A stretch of DNA of 49,068 nucleotides from an uncultured Candidatus Peribacteria bacterium (GCA_964518815.1 CAZFLS010000001.1:1-49068), one strand, 5' to 3'. Shown: positions 10,379 through 20,957, counted from the first letter of the stretch. Made by a program: numbers and translations. The notes: a model not told the origin generated them from the sequence alone.

Positions 10379-11392
10379 TTAATAAATAGAATTTTTGAAA
10401 TTCTTTAATTCTTCAAGTGTCTTAAAATCTACTCGATTTCAAAAAACTTCTTTGCTTTTTTCACTAAATAAATCCAAAAATCTTTTTGTATTTTTATCTA
10501 TCATGTCAGGTTTAGAATTATTTTTATAATGATATTCTAAATTTTTTTCCATTTTAGCAATAGCATCATTACAGATTTCCCTAAATTTCTTTTTATCAAT
10601 TTTACTAAAAAACTTTTGTTCTATCTCACTTTCAATCTGACGATAAGATAAAACATCCAATTTTTCTACACCTTTTTCTATTGTTTTTACTTCTATTTTA
10701 GTAGGTTTTTCAACTTCCTTAATTATTATTTTTTCTTTTTTAATAGCATCAACTTCATTCTTTAACTTCTCTAATTCATTTGCAAGCTTTGTAGCATTTT
10801 CTCTTTGTTTTTGAGTATTTAAAATTTTATTAGAATCTTTTCTTAAACCATTTATTAAATATTCTAGATTTTTAGTATCAAATGTTTCTTTTAGTTTTGC
10901 TATTAAATTCTCTATAGTTTTAAAAAAATTATCATTTTTAAAAAGCAATTTTATTTTATCGTAATTTTTTTCAAATCTTTCAATTGCCTTAATTAATTTA
11001 ACACTCTTTGTTAAAACAATTCATTCTTGAGTAATTGGCAGAGCTATTAAAGGTATTTCATACCATTCAGGAATTAATAAATCCTTTACAATATTAACCA
11101 ATTCTTGTTTTGCTACTTCATCAGATGATATGTTATTATTAATCTTATTAATTATTTGTTGTTTTTTTGCTTCTAACTGAGCACTTGTCATAAAAAATTC
11201 ATCTTTATTCACAAAACCATTCTGTTTCAAATCTTTTATGTCTTTTATTTGCTCGAAAACTTCATTTAATCAAATAAAGTCTGTTTTAAGTCATATTATT
11301 TTTTGTTTCTTAATACTTTCATCAATAGATATTTTTGGTTTATCTATCTTTTGACTTTTTTCTACAACGTTAAAAGCTAATATTTCAGTCAT
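10379..11392 (-). CDS. hypothetical coiled-coil protein (337 aa)
   Basis: ORF-track fragments 11021..11230 and 10439..10948 share a frame with ATG at 11392 and TAA at 10379-10381. Heptad-like Lys/Glu-rich sequence. Confidence 0.55.
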
Positions 11393-11710
11393 ATATTATT
11401 TGTTTTTATTTTTTTGTAAACAAAAAGTATAATTAATGTTCATATTAGATCATATTTTTTGAATTTAGTCAATTCTTAACTCTATTTCTCTTCTTCTTCA
11501 TCCTTAGCTTTCTTCTAAGAAGTTCTTGAAATATAACAAGAATTATTTCCTATTATTGTATCTCATAAAAATTCTTTTTCAATTTTTTTGTTGGATTAAC
11601 GATTTAAATATATACTATTTAATGGTATCTAAAACTATTATAACTTAATGATTTAGGTATTGCACTTCAAATTACAATTTACGAAAATAATTTATAACTA
11701 AATAATTTAT

Positions 11711-12040
11711 ATGGCAAAAAATAAAAAGATGTTTTTAAAATATTTTAATACAATTATTTATAATAAAATATCTTTAATATATACTTTATTAATGCGTTTA
11801 TTAGAAAATTACTTACTCAATATACCCGTTTTATACTGATTAATCTTAGTTATATTTATTATTGTATTGTTATTTGCATTAGTTTCTTGAATTAAACTGT
11901 TAGTGAAAAATAAAATAAACTTTAATAATTTAAATAAAAAATATTACCTTATTATATTATATTGTTGTTTTTTACTTTTTTTATTATATTTTAGATATGA
12001 TCTTCTAAGATTTATTTTATATTTCTATAACTTCTCTTAA
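11711..12040 (+). CDS. possible small membrane protein (109 aa)
   Basis: ATG..TAA with two in-frame TGA codons and two hydrophobic stretches. Overlaps the 3' end of the convergent nuclease gene by 24 nt. Could be spurious. Confidence 0.25.
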
Positions 12041-12775
12041 GTTCTCAAAATATGCACAATAATCACATTCTTTACTTGAATCTGGTATAATATCACTATT
12101 TAAACATTTATGTAACTCTATAATAGTATTTTCTATCCAATTATCATTTCAAGTATAAGAAATAAGATTAATATCAAATTCTAACCTATAATCAAACGCG
12201 TCTTTGTCTGTATTTCAATTACAATATACAAAATATCCTGTATCTGAAACCTCAAGTCAGTTTTTTCTTAAAAGCCATTGATATATTTCCATTTGTCTCT
12301 TATATCAATCTTGCCAGTCTTGATTTAATTCTGTTATTTCTTCATTCTTTGAAGTGGCTTTATAATCTACTACAATATATTCTCAATTACTACTCTGCCA
12401 TAAGTCATCTATAGCTCAAAATATAAGTAAATTGGTTTTTGAATGTAAATACTGAATTCAAGTAAAATTATGTCTCCATTGTTCTAAAAGTTCGTGAGAT
12501 ACAGGTTTTGCATCAATATTATACTTTTCTATTAGAGGATGTTTTGCTCAATTGTTTCTGTATATATCAAATTCTTTCTTTAAAAGATGATCTACTGCAC
12601 TATTTAAACTAAAAGGAAATCCTGGAGGTCTTCAAATTCAAAGTCTTCTATCTAAATAAAAACATCTTGGACAATCTATAAATAAATCAATTTTAGATCT
12701 ACTTAATTTAAAAGGTTGACTATCTTTTGGGTTGTATATGTTTTTTGTGCGTTTTGGGTTATAATATTCTGACAT
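12017..12775 (-). CDS. PD-(D/E)XK nuclease, Cas4/RecB-like with Cys cluster
   Basis: N-terminal CPRCFY and C-terminal CDYC (four-Cys pattern as in Cas4). AIDDL...VVDYKAT (D..D/ExK) and RQMEIYQWL (QxxxY). Confidence 0.7.
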
Positions 12776-12787
12776 AAGGTTATTGTA

Positions 12788-15397
12788 TTATTTTATAAAT
12801 TTATCTTCAAAAGCTTTTTCAAATTCATTCTCTTTTTTTTCACTATAAAAAGGTAATCAAATAAGCTTATAATTTCAAAAGTTCATTTCTAATATTTTTG
12901 CTTTATCTTCTATTTCAAGTAAAAATTCTTGTTTCCAGCCTTCTATAGAATTTTCAAATCCTAAATTACTATCCTTAAATTGATCTCATTTCGGTTCTAT
13001 AAATATTTGATAAGTAAAAGGTTGTTTTGTAATTTTATCTTGCATAAACAATATAAAATCAGGCTCAAACCTATCTCAATTTATAAATGAATAAATAGCA
13101 ACAGTTCTTTCATTTCGGATTAAATAAATATTAGTATATTTTTTTTCTAATTTTTGTATTATATCTTCAAACATTTTTATAAAACTCTTTTCTTCACTAG
13201 TTCAATTGATTTTTTCAAAAACAAACCATTTTTTATTTACTCAAAATCATTCTACTCATAAATCCACTTTTATAGCTTTTTCAAAAGGATATTTAGAAAT
13301 ATTCTTTGATATAAAAGTTTTTGTTCATTCATACTCAACTTTTTTATCTTTAATTTCAATTTCTAAGATATTTAAAAGAGATGAAACAGCTTTTAACTTA
13401 TTTTCTATTGTTAAATTCTCTAAAACTTCCTTAGAGCTGTAAAAATCTATACTTATATTTCATAGATAATTATCCGATTTAATAAACTCATCAATACTTT
13501 GAAGTTTTCAAAGATAACTTTTAAGGTTGGAAAATTTATAGAAATCATTTCTTTGTATAGCTTTTCTTACAATTCTATTATCAATTTCTTTTATTAAAAT
13601 ACTTTTTGGTTCTTTTTCTATTTTAAAATTATCTTTCTTATCATCAAAAGCTTCTATATCATAGCTCTTTCAAGTAAATAAATCTTTAAATTCATATCTT
13701 TTAGTTTGGAGTCAGATTTTTTCAAAACTATCAATATTTGAATAATCTTTAAATTTTTTCTCATTTGTAAAAATAACTCAATTTTTATAAAATTCACTAT
13801 CTTTAAAGGATCTTTTAAATTCAAAAATAAAATCCTTTTTTTCTTTTTCATCCATAATTCAAATATCTCTTAAAGCCTGTCTTATTTCTGCAATATATAA
13901 ACTATCAAAACTTGTATGATAATAAAAAGTTTCAAGTATTTTTAAATCATCGAGCTTATTATCAAACTTTCTTTTGAATTTATTTTCTCATAAAGTTTTT
14001 TCTGTTACAAAAGGAAAATATCTTGCTCATCTTCATATGAGTTGAGCTTCGCTAATTGTTTGGGGTCAAACTTTGATTTTTCAAGTTTTTTTATCTACTA
14101 CATTACTTCTAGACTCATATAATCTTACAATATCAAAAAGATTTAAAACATCCCATCATTCATTTAGTTTTTGTACAGCAAAAACAGCTCTTATACGATT
14201 GTTTTTATCTTCAAGAGTATTAAGTAGTAATTGATTTTTTCAAGCCTCACTATCATCATTTGCACTTATACAATTTTCATGAACAAAATCATCTTTTAAC
14301 TCATTCACAAGTAAATCAAGACTTATTTTACTTTCTTCAAAAAATTCAAAAGCTTTTAATATAATTTCTGAATTAGTTTTGTTTTTTATATTTAAAATCT
14401 GATCTGGCTTTAATTCTTTTATAAGCTTATCAAAATTTATTAAATTATTTTCACTTTCTGCAACTGTTTTTTGAGCCTTAAATAAAATAACTGGTTTACA
14501 TAATATTTTATTTTTTTCTGCTACTTTTAATCTATATTGACTTAAAACAAGAGCCTGTAATATTCTGTCATTTTGTTCCATATCAGCCTTTAAAATATCT
14601 ACTTCTTTACTATATCAATCAAGTCTAAATTGTTTTAAATCATATCTGTAAATAATTTTATCAAGATATTTTTCGGATATATTTTCATTTCATAAATCTA
14701 TCGTTGCTGTAAATTCCAAAAGCATATTTTCTATATGAGAATTAAGAATTTTCATTATTGTATATTCCCATGAAGTCTTTTCTTCTTGTTCAGTTTTATT
14801 TAAATTTCAATTTTTTGTAAGTGTATTTATATGATGGGCTTCATCTGAAATTATAACTATTTTTTTGTCTTTGAATTCTTCATAAGATACCCTTCATTCT
14901 CATATTACATTCATATCAGTATGAAGTCCGTGAATAGTGGTAAATTTAATATTAATATTATCATCTGTATTACCTGAAAAATTAGAAACTTCTTTTATTT
15001 GTATTTGTTTTCCATCAAACACAATCTTATCATTGAATAAATACTTTGAAGAATTACTATTTAAAAAATTATCTTTCGTTTTTTCTATAATATTTGTCGA
15101 ATTTACAAAAAACAAGAAGTTTCTATATCATTTTTCATATAAGCTCAAAATAAGTCCAGCCATTACATAAGTTTTACCGCTTCAAGTTGCCATGTTATAG
15201 AGCAAATGAATAGGTATTTTCTTGTTTTTATAGCTGTCTATATAATATGAGAATCTAACAAAAGCTTCTTTTTGATACTCTCTCATCTGAAATTTTTCAT
15301 TCAGATTTTTTGTAATATTCAAAGGAATGTTCTTATCGAGAACATCCATTTCGGAAAGGGTATCAAATTTTTGGTAGAGAAATTGTTGTGTCGTCAT
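12788..15397 (-). pseudogene. res: type III restriction enzyme Res subunit (SF2 helicase + PD-ExK endonuclease), reading frame interrupted
   Basis: MAT-G-SGKT Walker A, VIISDEAHH (DEAH), LNEGWDVLNLFDIVRL and QLIGRGARY (motif VI). C-terminal RFEPDFILF..IFIEPKG endonuclease motif. In-frame TAA TAA at 13955-13960. Confidence 0.75.
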
Positions 15398-15430
15398 AGT
15401 TAATTTCTATTTTTTAAAACATAAAATAAA

Positions 15431-15781
15431 TTATTTTTTTCTAGATATTATTTTTTCAATAGTTTTTTCAAAACTATTTTCTCTTTTAATCAAAAAATAC
15501 AATATTAACATAATAATACCAATTATTAAACTAGAAAATAATATTGAAAGATATAAAATTTCATAAATTTTATCCTTAAAATTTGTTCAAGTTAATAATG
15601 TAAGTAAAGCTGTAAAAAAAACTCAAAATAAAAAAATTGATATATCAATTAAAAGTGGAAAATTATTTCTTGGTCAAGCTTTAATAATATCTAATTCTTC
15701 CTCTTGTACTTCATAAAAAGTCAGCTGTCATACTTGATGAACTATTTTTGTTGCTTGATTTTCATTATTTCAATTATTCAT
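15431..15781 (-). CDS. small two-TM membrane protein (116 aa)
   Basis: ATG..TAA, 351 nt. Hydrophobic segments LLIDISIFLFGVFFTALLTLL and ILYLSILFSSLIIGIIMLILYFL. Confidence 0.5.
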
Positions 15782-15791
15782 AATTTTGAAA

Positions 15792-16064
15792 TTAAAGATT
15801 ATCCATAAGCCACTCATTTTTACAAATAACATTTTGCCAAGCAGCAACTCTTCAAGAAAGGATAACAAATATACGATCATTACTATCTATTTTTGTTTGT
15901 AAAGAATTTCTAATATTTTCTGCACTTTGATCTGTCTTAACAGCCCATACTGATTCTAGTATCTTTGCCCAAGTACCATAAGATTTTATTGCCTGATATA
16001 AATCTTCATAATGTCAATAACTTTGATCTTTTCTTAGATCGTAACTTATAATATAAGTGTTCAT
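15792..16064 (-). CDS. small alpha/beta protein with Cas2-like motif pattern (90 aa)
   Basis: MNTYIISYDL..YEDLYQAIKSYGTWAKILESVWAVKT..AENIRNSLQTKIDSNDRIFVIL. The YDL and SVW motifs are spaced as in the Cas2 ferredoxin fold. The fold assignment is inference only. Confidence 0.45.
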
Positions 16065-16087
16065 ATTTTGGTTAGTTAAAAAATAAA

Positions 16088-18010
16088 TTATTTATAAAAC
16101 TCTCCATTAATCTTTTTATCTTCTTTACTTACTCAATTATTTACATCTTCAATCTCGCTATAATTTACATAAAGCATATTCTTATCAAGAAGCTTGAACA
16201 AAAACTTTTTCTGATTTTCTATACTTAATTTTTCAAATTCATCTGTATTTTCATCAATATTTTTAATATTTACTTTGTAATTTATATATCATGTTTTCTT
16301 TATCTCTTCATATATTTTTATTATTTCTTTACTTGTTTTAGCTTCTTGAATTTTATCAATGAAATTTTGATTATTTTTCATAAGTTCCATATAAACAAAA
16401 TCTCATCATCAATTATTTTTAATTACCTGTTGTACTCTAGGAATAGTTACATTTCTAATATAATCCATTTGCTCAATTAATATAAATTGTCTATTTCATC
16501 AATCTTCTTTATTTAATTCCAAAACTGCATGAGCTGTTGTCCCACTACCTCAAAAAAAGTCTAATATTTTTGCTTCCTTATTTTTTGAAACTATTGCATA
16601 TATACAATCATATACATTCCATAAAGATTTTGGGAAACTAAATTTACATCAAGGAACCAAACTTTTTATAAGTTTTGTTCCATATTCATTTGCATCGTAT
16701 TTTTTATCTATCCAAACTGTTTTATATTGTCAAAAATCTTTTCAAATATCAATATCATAAACATCGTTATTAACTTTCACGTGTAATAAATCTTGTACTT
16801 CTTCTATACTTTGACGAGCATATCTCCATTTTCTTTCCACTCATTCCTTATCAATTGGATAAATTTCAACAAAATCTCAATCATGTACATTAACCTGAGG
16901 ATGAGTTCAATCGGAACAAACATTTCAAAATCAGATAACCTGTAAAGTTTTTTTGTCTGCTATAATTGAATAAAAACAATTTTTAGCATCTGTTCTTTTT
17001 GACTCTCAGCCATTATCTCTTAATCATCTATTTTTTATGTCTTCTTCAGCTATTTTTCTATTTAATACTGTTTTTTTATCTTTAGGAATAATAAAAAATG
17101 CAAATTCATGGGTATAAGAAAAGTTTGTACCTTGTACTCATCTTGGATTATGAACTATTGTAATGCAATGACTCTCATATTCTGGGAATATTTCATCAAG
17201 TAATACTCATAAATATACTTGTTCAGCTTTATCAATTGCAACAATCAATACTCATTCTTTTTTAAGTAAATTCTTTGCAATATCTAACCTATTTTTCATA
17301 AAAGTAAGCCAGGAAGAATGTTTAAATCTATTATTATATTCAAAAGTATCTCAATTTCCTCAAGTATTATAAGGGGGGTCAATATAAATAAGGTCTAATT
17401 TTCATGCAAAACTGCTCTTCAAACTATGAAGAGCTAAAAGATTATTTCATTTGATAATAAGATTATCTTTTATAGTTCAATTTTCATCTCTTTTAAATCA
17501 ATCAAGCTTGTGTTCTCAAGTCTTATCTATTCTTTTGAAATTCGTAAAAACCTTTTCATCAAGAAGTCTATCTATATCATCATTTCATAAAATTTCATTA
17601 TAAAAAACTTCATCTCTTTTAACATCTTCTTTATCTTGTCCTCAAGCCAAAATACAGTCTTTATATGGAAAACTTAAAACAACATCATTGTTGTCATTTA
17701 GGAGGTCTCATTTTGAATTTGTGAGTCCGATTTTATTTTTGAAACTTGTATAGCTATCGGGTAAAAATTCTTTATTGTTTATAAACTGAATGAATTTTTT
17801 ACTATCAAAAACTTCAAAATTACTTCAATAATTTAATGATTTAAAAAATGCTTTTTTTGTGTCTTTATTATTAAAAAGTAACCATATAAGATCCCCGTCT
17901 AATTTATCTGCTTCTTCTCTTATTACATTCTTCAATAAATCTCATTCTTGAGATATAAATCTTTTGTCTTGTTTTAATACTTCATATAAAATTTGAAATA
18001 AATTTTTCAT
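16088..18010 (-). CDS. mod: type III R-M Mod subunit, N6-adenine DNA methyltransferase (beta class)
   Basis: DLIYIDPPYNTGGNGDTFEYNNRFKHSSWLTFM (DPPY motif IV) lies upstream of ILDFFGGSGTTAHAV (motif I). 1923 nt in one frame. Confidence 0.85.
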
Positions 18011-18017
18011 ATAAAAA

Positions 18018-18212
18018 GGCAATCAATAAATAAGATTGCCGAGTTTATTTGTGGTTTATTGTAGCAAAAACAAAGCAGGCAGTATATGTGCCAGAGTTTT
18101 TGCTACAAAACCTTTTCCGCATGCATTGAATTGCAGACAGTTGGACTTACCATATACTGCCTGCAGGTTTTTCAATACATACTTAAAAATACGAACTCGG
18201 TTTTGTAGCAAG
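18018..18212. other. GC-rich structured element (RNA leader/ncRNA or DNA cruciform or origin-like site)
   Basis: Perfect complementary pairs: 18060-18071/18096-18107 (12 bp), 18075-18088/18151-18164 (14 bp), 18101-18112/18199-18210 (12 bp), 18039-18045/18194-18200 (7 bp), 18018-18024/18034-18040 (7 bp). Confidence 0.5.
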
Positions 18213-18328
18213 TTCATATTAATAAAAAAAGTATAAAATCCAAATTTTTGTTAATAATTGTTAAGATTTGATTTAAATTAATGAAAAGATATAATTTAAA
18301 AAATTAGAATTAATAATAAATACTTCAA

Positions 18329-19639
18329 ATGCAGAAAATGAAAAAAAATAAAATAGTTTATGAAAATCAAGAATGAATCTTTCTTTTATGGTACTTAATT
18401 GAAGAATCTAAATATAGAAGTCAATATGTATCAATCAAATGAATTAAATTATTTTATGTAAGTTTAGAAAAGTTAGATTTTTCTTGAAAATTAAAAATAA
18501 GAGAATCTATCAATATACTATGAAAATATATGCAGGCTTGATTTATAAACAGTATTTATTTTAAGATATTTAGGCGAGGTGAATTTATATTAAAAAAGGA
18601 TAACAATATTTTAAAAGCAGACCTTTTTATGTTATCATATTACTTAGAAAAAAAATTTAATATAGATGAATTTAAAACTTTAAATGACGATGATAATTGA
18701 ATTTCTGTTGGAATAAATTTGAACAATAATATTATTAAAAAGAAAATCCTATCATATCAAAAATTATGGTTAAACGATGAATTAGTATGATGGAATAAAA
18801 ATATTTTAAAATCTGAAGTACAAATAAAAGAAGTTACAAGTCATTTGTTCTATTTATTAAGAGATTATTCCTCAAAATATTTATTTATTAGTTCGTATAA
18901 AACTTATAATTGAACAAAAATAGATGTTTTACTCGTTCTATTATTTTTAGAAAAAATTTGAGATATAAAATTTATAAAAAGCGAATGTATCCTTAATAAA
19001 TATGATGATATGGAATTTTGATTTAGAATATGTATTAAGGAAAAATTTCTTGAAGATTTCAAGAAAGATAAATTTTGAAAAAGTAATTTTGATTTTGAAT
19101 GTCTTAAAAATTCTACTGAAAAATGAATAAAAAAATCACAAAAAAAATCAATTTGATCTGCTAACGTTAGAAACAAAAATCAAGAAGAATTTCAAGAAGT
19201 TCAGGCTATTTTTGGTAGTTTAGACGATAACAAGAAATCAAATAATATGAATACTTTTAAATACTCAGCAACAGATACTAATTCTAAAACACAAGATACC
19301 ATTCCTTTAAAAATAAATTATATATCAGAAACAAAAGAATTATTTATAAATAATATTAAAATTCCTTTATCAAGACTAGAAACCGAATTTTTTCAAATCT
19401 TATACAAATATAAACCAATTAATGAAGATTTAGATTTCTGAGATATAGCTCAAGAATTAGATATACAATATAATAGATTATCAATTGAAAAACAGAAGAA
19501 AATGAAAAAGAAATATTATAATGCCAATAATAGTCTAAGAAAAAAAATTATATTGCAAACCTGAATAAAAGAAATTTTTATCACCTCCTCTAATCTTATC
19601 AGATTTAACACAAAATATTCCTATAATTTTTCATCTTAA
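18329..19639 (+). CDS. hypothetical protein with C-terminal OmpR/PhoB-like winged-helix segment (436 aa)
   Basis: One frame from ATG at 18329 (a second ATG at 18338) through many TGA codons to TAA at 19637-19639. C-terminal IPLSRLETEFFQILYKYKPINEDLDFGDIAQEL resembles the trans_reg_C pattern. Confidence 0.5.
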
Positions 19640-19671
19640 GATATATCTTAAACCATCTTAGACCAACCTAT

Positions 19672-19708
19672 AAGTAAAGTGCCTGAAACTTTACTTTTTT
19701 TGTTTTTA
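19672..19708 (+). terminator. rho-independent terminator
   Basis: AAGTAAAGT-GCCTGAA-ACTTTACTT followed by TTTTTTGTTTTT. Confidence 0.7.
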
Positions 19709-19885
19709 CTTTCGATGGAAACTAATGTTAATACATCTATAAACATTCAAAAACAACAAGAACTTTTAAACTTGGTATGATTTTTTGAGTTGCTTATAGA
19801 AATCGATAGAAGTAAAAAAAAGATAAATGATGAATTTTAATAAAGAACAAACTTGTTCAAATTTTATTTCTTAATTTTTATTCTT

Positions 19886-20431
19886 ATGATAGACACAGTT
19901 TTAATCACATTACCTATACATAGGATTCGAATAAGGAATCCTGAATATTTTGAGCCAAATGCAAAATGACTTTGGGAAGCTCCTTTTATACCATTTTCAA
20001 ATCATATTGCAAAATGTGTTCAAAATCCCACTAAAGAAGATTTAAGAATGAAGATATATAAACCGAGGCTTACTTTTATAAAGTCTGTAAATAACGGTAA
20101 TATGAATATTAATCTTAGAATTGAGTTGTCTCTTCCGAAGCTTCTTTTTTGAAATAATTTTGATGAACTTAAAGATGATGATTTTTCTAAAATTCTTGGT
20201 AAACTGAAAAACAAGCTTGAAAATATGGGAATTATAACGGAAGAAAAATATATTGCCGAAGGACAAGTTTCAACAATTCATTACTCAAAAAATATTGTAT
20301 TTACTGATTTTACAAGCGTTTCAAGTATTATAAATACGGTATCAAAAATAAATGCTTCAAAAATTTTTGATTTAGGACAAACTGATTATTCTAATTGATG
20401 AGAATTACATCTAATGAATATGACAAAATAA
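19886..20431 (+). pseudogene. truncated phage/plasmid replication-initiator-like gene (CRI/gene II-like N-terminus)
   Basis: MIDTVLITLP... and SLPKLLFGNNFDEL resemble, from memory, the N-terminal region of Phage_CRI-type Rep proteins. The ORF ends after 181 codons, where it runs out of frame into the recombinase remnant. Confidence 0.3.
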
Positions 20432-20736
20432 TAAAAGAATTAAAAAGAAAAGAACAAGATATTTTACAACGATTAATGGATCATTCTAAAGCAGATGAAC
20501 AATTTTTAATAACAAGTTCTTATATATTGGAACTAGCAAATCGTGCTTATGAACTATTTGAAAGTTCGCAAGCTGAGCAAAAACGAAGATTACTAAATTT
20601 TGTATTTGCGAACTTTTCTGCACAAGGCAGTAAACTACAATACAAAATAAAAGAGCCGTTCAACGAACTGCTCTTTGCTTCAAAATCTTCAAATTGGCTC
20701 CCGCAGCTGGATTCGAACCAGCGACCAAATGGTTAA
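20395..20736 (+). pseudogene. C-terminal remnant (about 100 aa) of a large serine recombinase, reading into tRNA-Asn
   Basis: ITSNEYDKIIKELKRKEQ..LLNFVFANFS..SNWLP aligns by eye with the last 100 aa of the intact recombinase (..LLKLIFEKIF..RKTWLP). The final codons LPQLDSNQRPNG are the antisense of the tRNA gene. Confidence 0.7.
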
Positions 20737-20769
20737 CAGCCACCTACTCTACCGCTGAGCTATGCGGGA
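20695..20769 (-). tRNA. tRNA-Asn (anticodon GTT), CCA encoded
   Basis: TCCCGCA-TA-GCTC-AGCGGTA-GAGT-A-GGTGG-CTGTTAA-CCATT-TGGTC-GCTGG-TTCGAAT-CCAGC-TGCGGGA-G-CCA. 7-bp acceptor stem, TTCGAAT T-loop, 75 nt. Confidence 0.9.
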
Positions 20770-20787
20770 ATATAAAAAAGCCTGTGT

Positions 20788-20815
20788 ATATTATAAAAAA
20801 AATTATTGAAGTCAA
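20788..20815 (-). promoter_or_regulatory. sigma70-like promoter for tRNA-Asn
   Basis: Minus strand TTGACT (20815-20810), 16-nt spacer, TAATAT (20793-20788). Lies about 19 nt upstream of the mature tRNA 5' end. Confidence 0.4.
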
Positions 20816-20957
20816 AACTTTTTTAACTCTTTTTTATTATATATTTTTTAATAAAATTAAATTCGAACTTTTACAAACAAAACGATACTGCTAATCTATA
20901 TATTTTATTTTTCTTTTATTTAAAACTTATATCCAAATTATTATTTATAATATGAAA

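Noticed and set aside
13654-13851. 65-aa ORF MKKKKRILFLNL... inside res
   Set aside because: It is in a different frame from the Res protein, which reads IMDEKEKKDFIFEFKRSF... across the same nucleotides with clear continuity to the endonuclease domain.
18036-18236. 66-aa TTG-initiated ORF over the GC-rich element. I also considered a CRISPR repeat or tracrRNA-like reading of GTTTTTGCTACAAAACC / GTTTTGTAGCAAG.
   Set aside because: There is no Shine-Dalgarno, and the odd composition is explained by the nested perfect helices. There is no repeat-spacer array and no cas9 or other cas genes in the window, so a CRISPR/tracr interpretation is unsupported.
19715-19840. 41-aa ORF METNVNTSINIQKQQELLNLVGFFELLIEIDRSKKKINDEF between the terminator and the Rep-like fragment
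   Set aside because: No Shine-Dalgarno and no recognisable features. Too short to support without conservation data.
20694-20894. 66-aa ORF MAPAAGFEPATKWLTATYSTAELCGN...
   Set aside because: Its 5' part is simply the antisense translation of the tRNA-Asn gene. The rest is AT-rich spacer.
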